Part shown: positions 63,565-64,000 of the stretch, piece by piece
How positions within the stretch are numbered: the first letter of the stretch is position 1
Layout of the letters: every line of letters begins with the position of its first letter
DNA from: Octopus sinensis
Taxonomy: Eukaryota
DNA length: 64,000 bases
NCBI RefSeq assembly: GCF_006345805.1
Contig: NC_043001.1
Location: 17,856,001-17,920,000, forward strand
Reading direction: 5' to 3'
Translations under genes and position numbers: made by a program
Notes under the pieces: model-generated
The model's input: the letters and a program-made list of their open reading frames with translations, nothing else
What the model was told of the DNA's origin: nothing
The model's database searches: none

Positions 63565-63780
63565 TGTCTGTCTGTCTGTCTGTCTGTGTCCGTGTTTGTC
63601 CCCCCAACATCGCTTGGCAACCGATGCTGGTGTCTTTACGTCCCCGTAACTTAGCGGTTCGGCAAATAAGACCGATAGAATAAGTACTAAGCTCACAAAG
63701 AATAAGATTTGCTCAACTAAGGGCGGTGTTCCGGCATGGTCACAGTCAAATGACTGAAACAAGTGAAAGAGTAAAAGAGA
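62915..63780 (+). mobile_element. SINE family A interrupted by a MITE
   Basis: Head 62915-63074, remainder 63500-63780. Confidence 0.8.
63075..63499. mobile_element. MITE with ~30-bp TIRs and 8-bp TSD (hAT-like)
   Basis: GGATCTTTTCGGTTTGAATGGCAGTTTTT / AAAAACTGCCGTTCAAATCGAAAAGATAC; GAAGACCG at 63067 and 63500; contains (TTAGGG)4. Confidence 0.85.
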
Positions 63781-63978
<198 letters not shown>

Positions 63979-64000
63979 GGGTACGTACGTAGTTAGGTAG

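Overview
Repeat-dense eukaryotic DNA with no intact protein-coding gene; the SINE families and heavy microsatellite load suggest a cephalopod such as Octopus (inference from recall only). Bases 1 to about 35.3 kb form a tRNA-Ala gene cluster: a young, minus-strand tandem array of about 54 tRNA-Ala(TGC) units of 176-183 bp (5.9-15.6 kb) sits inverted within an older, decayed plus-strand array, with dispersed TGC, AGC and CGC isoacceptors sharing one tRNA body. Decayed hAT, Tc1, CR1-like, L1/Tx1 and RTE elements, three SINE families and a MITE are interspersed. The most notable feature is an 11.8-kb array of a 600-bp unit (49.3-61.1 kb) in which each full unit carries a type I hammerhead-ribozyme motif with a palindromic helix III, and the array begins 15 nt downstream of the predicted cleavage site, as expected of a retrozyme or Penelope-derived concatemer. 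Several other hammerhead or hammerhead-like motifs occur in short microsatellite-embedded elements, including a back-to-back pair on opposite strands. Coordinates and copy counts were read by eye and may be off by a few bases.
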